The position numbers and the translations under genes are program-made. The notes below the pieces were generated by a model. The model was not told where the DNA came from and did no database searches. It saw only the letters and a list, made by a program, of their open reading frames with translations. Of a stretch of DNA of 32,000 bases, positions 28,770 to 32,000 are shown in pieces; the stretch's first letter is position 1; each line of letters opens with the position of its first letter. This DNA is from an uncultured archaeon (GTDB lineage Archaea; Iainarchaeota; Iainarchaeia; Iainarchaeales; Iainarchaeaceae), in assembly GCA_964577555.1 (NCBI GenBank), contig CAZNZM010000010.1, positions 6,796 through 38,795 of the forward strand, read 5' to 3'.

Positions 28770-29081
28770 ATGAAGGAACTAACCGACAAGGATTTTGACG
28801 ATTTTATAAAGAAAAATAAAACAGTAGTAGTTGATTTTTGGGCCGCATGGTGCGGACCTTGCAGAATTGCTGCCCCAATCTTCGAAGAATTGGCAAAAGA
28901 ATACAAGGGAAAAGCCGAATTTGTTAAAGTAAACGTTGATGAAAATTCAGAAACCGCATCAAAGTACGAAATCATGTCAATACCAACATTCATAATATTC
29001 AAAAATGGCGAAATTGCAGGAGAAATACACGGAGCTTATCCTAAACCACAATTCAAAGAACAGCTTGACGAATACTTATAA
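28770..29081 (+). CDS. trxA: thioredoxin
   Basis: VVVDFWAAWCGPCRIAAPIFEELAKEY...IMSIPTFIIFKNGE. Strong SD GGAGG at 28758-28762. Confidence 0.95.
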   Translation: MKELTDKDFDDFIKKNKTVVVDFWAAWCGPCRIAAPIFEELAKEYKGKAEFVKVNVDENSETASKYEIMSIPTFIIFKNGEIAGEIHGAYPKPQFKEQLDEYL

Positions 29082-29291
29082 AAAATCTTTTGCCAAAAAT
29101 TGGGCATTTTTTGTTTTTTAAAAAAGTGCAAAAATAGGCTTGGTTCAAGCAATCCGGTATTTGGAAAATCAAGCCTATTTGAATCAAAGATTTTTGCTTT
29201 GAACTTTTTATAATAACCTTTTAAATAATAGCCTGACTTTAAATAAATAAAATCAATAATCTTTTCTTTCATGAGAAATACATAAAAATTT

Positions 29292-29443
29292 GCGAGGGTG
29301 GCAGAGTGGTCTAATGCGGCGGCCTGCTAACAATTTTCCTTCTCAAAATCAAATTTCATTTGTTGTATTATTTTTTTTGGAAAGGAAAAAGGCTGCGAGC
29401 CGTTACTCGAAAGGGTGCACGGGTTCGAATCCCGTCCCTCGCG
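29292..29443 (+). tRNA. tRNA-Ser (anticodon GCT) with intron
   Basis: Exon 1 GCGAGGGTGGCAGAGTGGTCTAATGCGGCGGCCTGCTA (anticodon 29326-29328); intron ~29330-29397 after position 37; exon 2 AGCCGTTACTCGAAAGGGTGCACGGGTTCGAATCCCGTCCCTCGCG. Acceptor, variable arm and T arm all pair. Confidence 0.93.
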
Positions 29444-29465
29444 TGTTTTTCAAAATTCACTCAAA

Positions 29466-29927
29466 TTAATTTTTTGAATAAAGTCCAACCAATTCCCCTT
29501 TGGCAATGATATGCCCTTTCATTGCCTTTTCCAAATCAACTTTTCTGGAAGAATTGCTTATATTAAGCATGCAATCAAGAGCAAAAACCTTGAAAAAATA
29601 CCGGTGAGTGCCTGAAGGCGGACACGGGCCATGCCACTTCTTTTGTCCAGCGCTATTGACACCTTCAACACCCGGCACGGAATTTTCGGCTATTTTGGAT
29701 AAAGGTTTGATATTCCACACAATCCAATGATCCCAAGTTCCCATAGGTGCATCAGGATCATCAACAATCAAGGCAAGAGACTTTGCTTCCACAGGAATAC
29801 CTTCAATTATTATTTCAGGATTGACATCCTCGCCTTTGCAAGTATATTTGTCAGGTATTCTTCCATTATTTGGAAAAACACTTTTGACATGCAACAACTT
29901 CATAATCCTCACCTCAAAAAATGGCAT
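29466..29927 (-). CDS. YbhB/YbcL (PEBP) family protein
   Basis: SLALIVDDPDAPMGTWDHWIVWNI...GVNSAGQKKWHGPCPPSGTHRYFFKVFALD. Likely start at MKLLHVKS. Confidence 0.93.
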   Translation of the reverse strand: MPFFEVRIMKLLHVKSVFPNNGRIPDKYTCKGEDVNPEIIIEGIPVEAKSLALIVDDPDAPMGTWDHWIVWNIKPLSKIAENSVPGVEGVNSAGQKKWHGPCPPSGTHRYFFKVFALDCMLNISNSSRKVDLEKAMKGHIIAKGELVGLYSKN

Positions 29928-30397
29928 GAAACAAATTTGTGCTTGGCAAGATACTTTTGATGATATTCTTCAGCCTTCCAAAAATCAGACGCAGGAACAA
30001 TTTCAGTAACAATTTTTTGCTTGAACTTCCCTGACTTGTCAAGCTTTTCTTTTGATTTTTCCGCAATTTCTTTCTGTTTTTTGTTATAATAAAAAATAAT
30101 TGACCTGTATTGGCTTCCAATATCAAACCCTTGCCTGTCTTTTGTGGTAGGGTCATGAATACTCCAAAAAATTTCAAGCAACTTTTCATAAGAAACAATT
30201 TTTGGATCGAATTTCAAATTAACTACTTCGGCATGTCCAGTCAAACCAGTACAAACATCTTCATAAGTCGGATTTTTCAATTTGCCTCCCATGAACCCAA
30301 CCGTTGTTTCTTTTACACCAGCCAATTTCATAAAAGAGTCTTCAACACCCCAAAAACAACCAGCTCCAAAAGTCGCTTCTTCAAAATTTTTTCGCAT
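29909..30397 (-). CDS. msrA: peptide-methionine (S)-S-oxide reductase
   Basis: EATFGAGCFWGVEDSFMKLAGVKETTVGFMGG...YHQKYL. Start chosen at MRKNFEEATFGAG; track start 30451 is upstream. Confidence 0.93.
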   Translation of the reverse strand: MRKNFEEATFGAGCFWGVEDSFMKLAGVKETTVGFMGGKLKNPTYEDVCTGLTGHAEVVNLKFDPKIVSYEKLLEIFWSIHDPTTKDRQGFDIGSQYRSIIFYYNKKQKEIAEKSKEKLDKSGKFKQKIVTEIVPASDFWKAEEYHQKYLAKHKFVSCHFLR

Positions 30398-30621
30398 AAA
30401 AAGCAAACACCCAAAACAATTAATATTTTTAATTATTAACAACTTGTTCAAAGTATAAATACTTGGCTATAAACAGAAAAACTTATGATACTAAATTTAA
30501 TTCCCTTTAATACAACTTTAATAATGATAAAATATAAAACTAGGTGCTATAAAAAACAATATTTCAAAAAAAAGCAGCAATGCAAAGATTAAAATACTTA
30601 AATTAAGATTTAAATTATGTT

Positions 30622-31218
30622 ATGTTTCGTCGACGTAGAACAAACGTGCCTCGCGATAAAAAAAGACCAGGAACTTTAGGACCAAGAATTAAAAATGTTG
30701 TTTTGGCAGCTTCTGCGGCTGTTGGTTTGGCTGTCGGTTCGTTGCACTTGGCTGAAAAAAAAAGAGATAAAATTGTTTTGACATTGCCGACTTTATATAA
30801 TTTGGCAGTTGAAAATAGATCTCTCAAGCATCTTGAAAACCCAAAACAAAAGCATTATCTGAACAAACTTTTTGAAATAACACAAAAAGTTTTTAACAAA
30901 GAGCAAGTCACATTCGGCGAACTTAGAAGAGTTGTTACAGCCATACAGGAAAATAAAGGGCGTTTGGTGGATTTGCAACACAGGATGAATCAACTTTATC
31001 ATGAATTGGATTTGCTTCAAGGCAAAAAAGGTATTGGCGAAAGATTAAAAACTATCGAAGCTGAACTTGAAAGGCTTGAAAGAATTGAAAAAGCAATTAA
31101 AGATTGGTATGCTTATTTGGAAAGTTTAAGGCGTGAAGGTCGCCTTGATGAGAAGGACATTGAGATTTTGAAAAGAGTAGGTTTATTTATTTCTGACTTG
31201 CCCGAACAACCTAAGTAG
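30622..31218 (+). CDS. hypothetical protein, basic N-terminus plus coiled-coil
   Basis: 198 aa; MFRRRRTNVPRDKKRPGTLGPRIKN, a short hydrophobic helix, then amphipathic helices; good coding character. Confidence 0.75.
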   Translation: MFRRRRTNVPRDKKRPGTLGPRIKNVVLAASAAVGLAVGSLHLAEKKRDKIVLTLPTLYNLAVENRSLKHLENPKQKHYLNKLFEITQKVFNKEQVTFGELRRVVTAIQENKGRLVDLQHRMNQLYHELDLLQGKKGIGERLKTIEAELERLERIEKAIKDWYAYLESLRREGRLDEKDIEILKRVGLFISDLPEQPK

Positions 31219-31432
31219 TCTTTTAAGCAATAATTTCTCATGACACGCAACTATAAATTTCAAAAATTTTGAAAAATAAGCATAATAAAACCCTTTTTGA
31301 AAAAATAACAAAACCCCACTTTTAAAAACAAACATGATTTCTATAATGCCATTACTACACACCCGCTTGCCACAAAGTTTTTTATTATTTCTTTGAAATA
31401 TATTTCTTGCCGCCAATTTTTGGCTAAAGAAT

Positions 31433-31600
31433 GCAGGAGTAGCGAAGCGGTCAAACGCGCCAGACTCAAGTCACATTTTTTCTTTCGTTGCACAAAAGAA
31501 AAAGACGAACCAAAAAATAAAACAACAAAAAAGCAATCATTCAGTGTGTGGGCAATCTGGTGGCTTAGTGCCTTCGGAGGTTCGAATCCTCCCTCCTGCA
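31433..31600 (+). tRNA. tRNA-Leu (anticodon CAA) with intron
   Basis: Exon 1 GCAGGAGTAGCGAAGCGGTCAAACGCGCCAGACTCAAG (anticodon 31467-31469); intron ~31471-31554; exon 2 ATCTGGTGGCTTAGTGCCTTCGGAGGTTCGAATCCTCCCTCCTGCA. Confidence 0.93.
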
Positions 31601-32000
31601 ATTTTTAAAAAATCACTTTTTTTTAAAATAAAAAAATTGGTAATCCAACAATTTACATATCAAGAATCGCGCCTTTTTTTGATGCTGCAAATAAATGCTT
31701 TGCAAAAAAGCCAATTAAAAGACAAAAAAACATATTACTAATATGCCGCCTTATAAAGAAACAATATGCTATTAATAAATGTTAAATATTTTAGAACGAC
31801 AATAAGTATGAAACTCCATCAAAAATAATTTATTGGTGCAAGGAAGTTGATATTTCAGTTAAACATTGAACCAAGCCAACTAATTTTTTTATTATTTTCA
31901 AATATTTTCCTTTTTTTTCAACCTATTTTGCAGTTGTTGTTTGTATATATTGCTATTGCTGTTCCTAATAGTGTGTTGTTGATTGTGTTGTTGGTTATGT

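Noticed and set aside
29036-29272. 78-aa minus ORF between trxA and tRNA-Ser
   Set aside because: Overlaps the 3' end of trxA and has no recognisable domain; probably spurious, though a small convergent gene cannot be fully excluded.
31341-31601. 86-aa minus ORF with MQEGGFEPPKALSHQ
   Set aside because: Antisense across the intron-containing tRNA-Leu gene; the GGFEPP peptide is a common artefact of translating antisense T-arm sequence.

Overview
The window is a 32 kb, AT-rich archaeal chromosomal segment. A DPANN/Diapherotrites-like lineage is my inference. Archaeal hallmarks visible in the sequence are a PAN-type proteasome ATPase, 7S SRP RNA, two tRNAs interrupted at position 37/38, TrmB and PadR regulators, and TATA boxes. 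Recognisable genes are a HerA-like ATPase (partial, left edge), malic enzyme, single-chain GMP synthase, PAN, a site-2 protease, FtsZ, nitroreductase, DEAD-box helicase, B12-dependent ribonucleotide reductase, thioredoxin, a PEBP/YbhB protein and MsrA. The most system-like element is a compact minus-strand operon at about 18.4-22.3 kb (VirB2-like, VirB6-like, PrgI/VirB3-like, VirB4 ATPase), with no relaxase or coupling protein visible nearby; it may be a Ced/Ted-like or other type IV secretion-related DNA-transfer or contact apparatus. Other notable items are a secreted lipoprotein built from about 26-aa Cys-pair repeats, two Lys-rich coiled-coil proteins, and a family of T-tract intergenic repeats with a GNGAGCC core that always has its T-rich face on the + strand.
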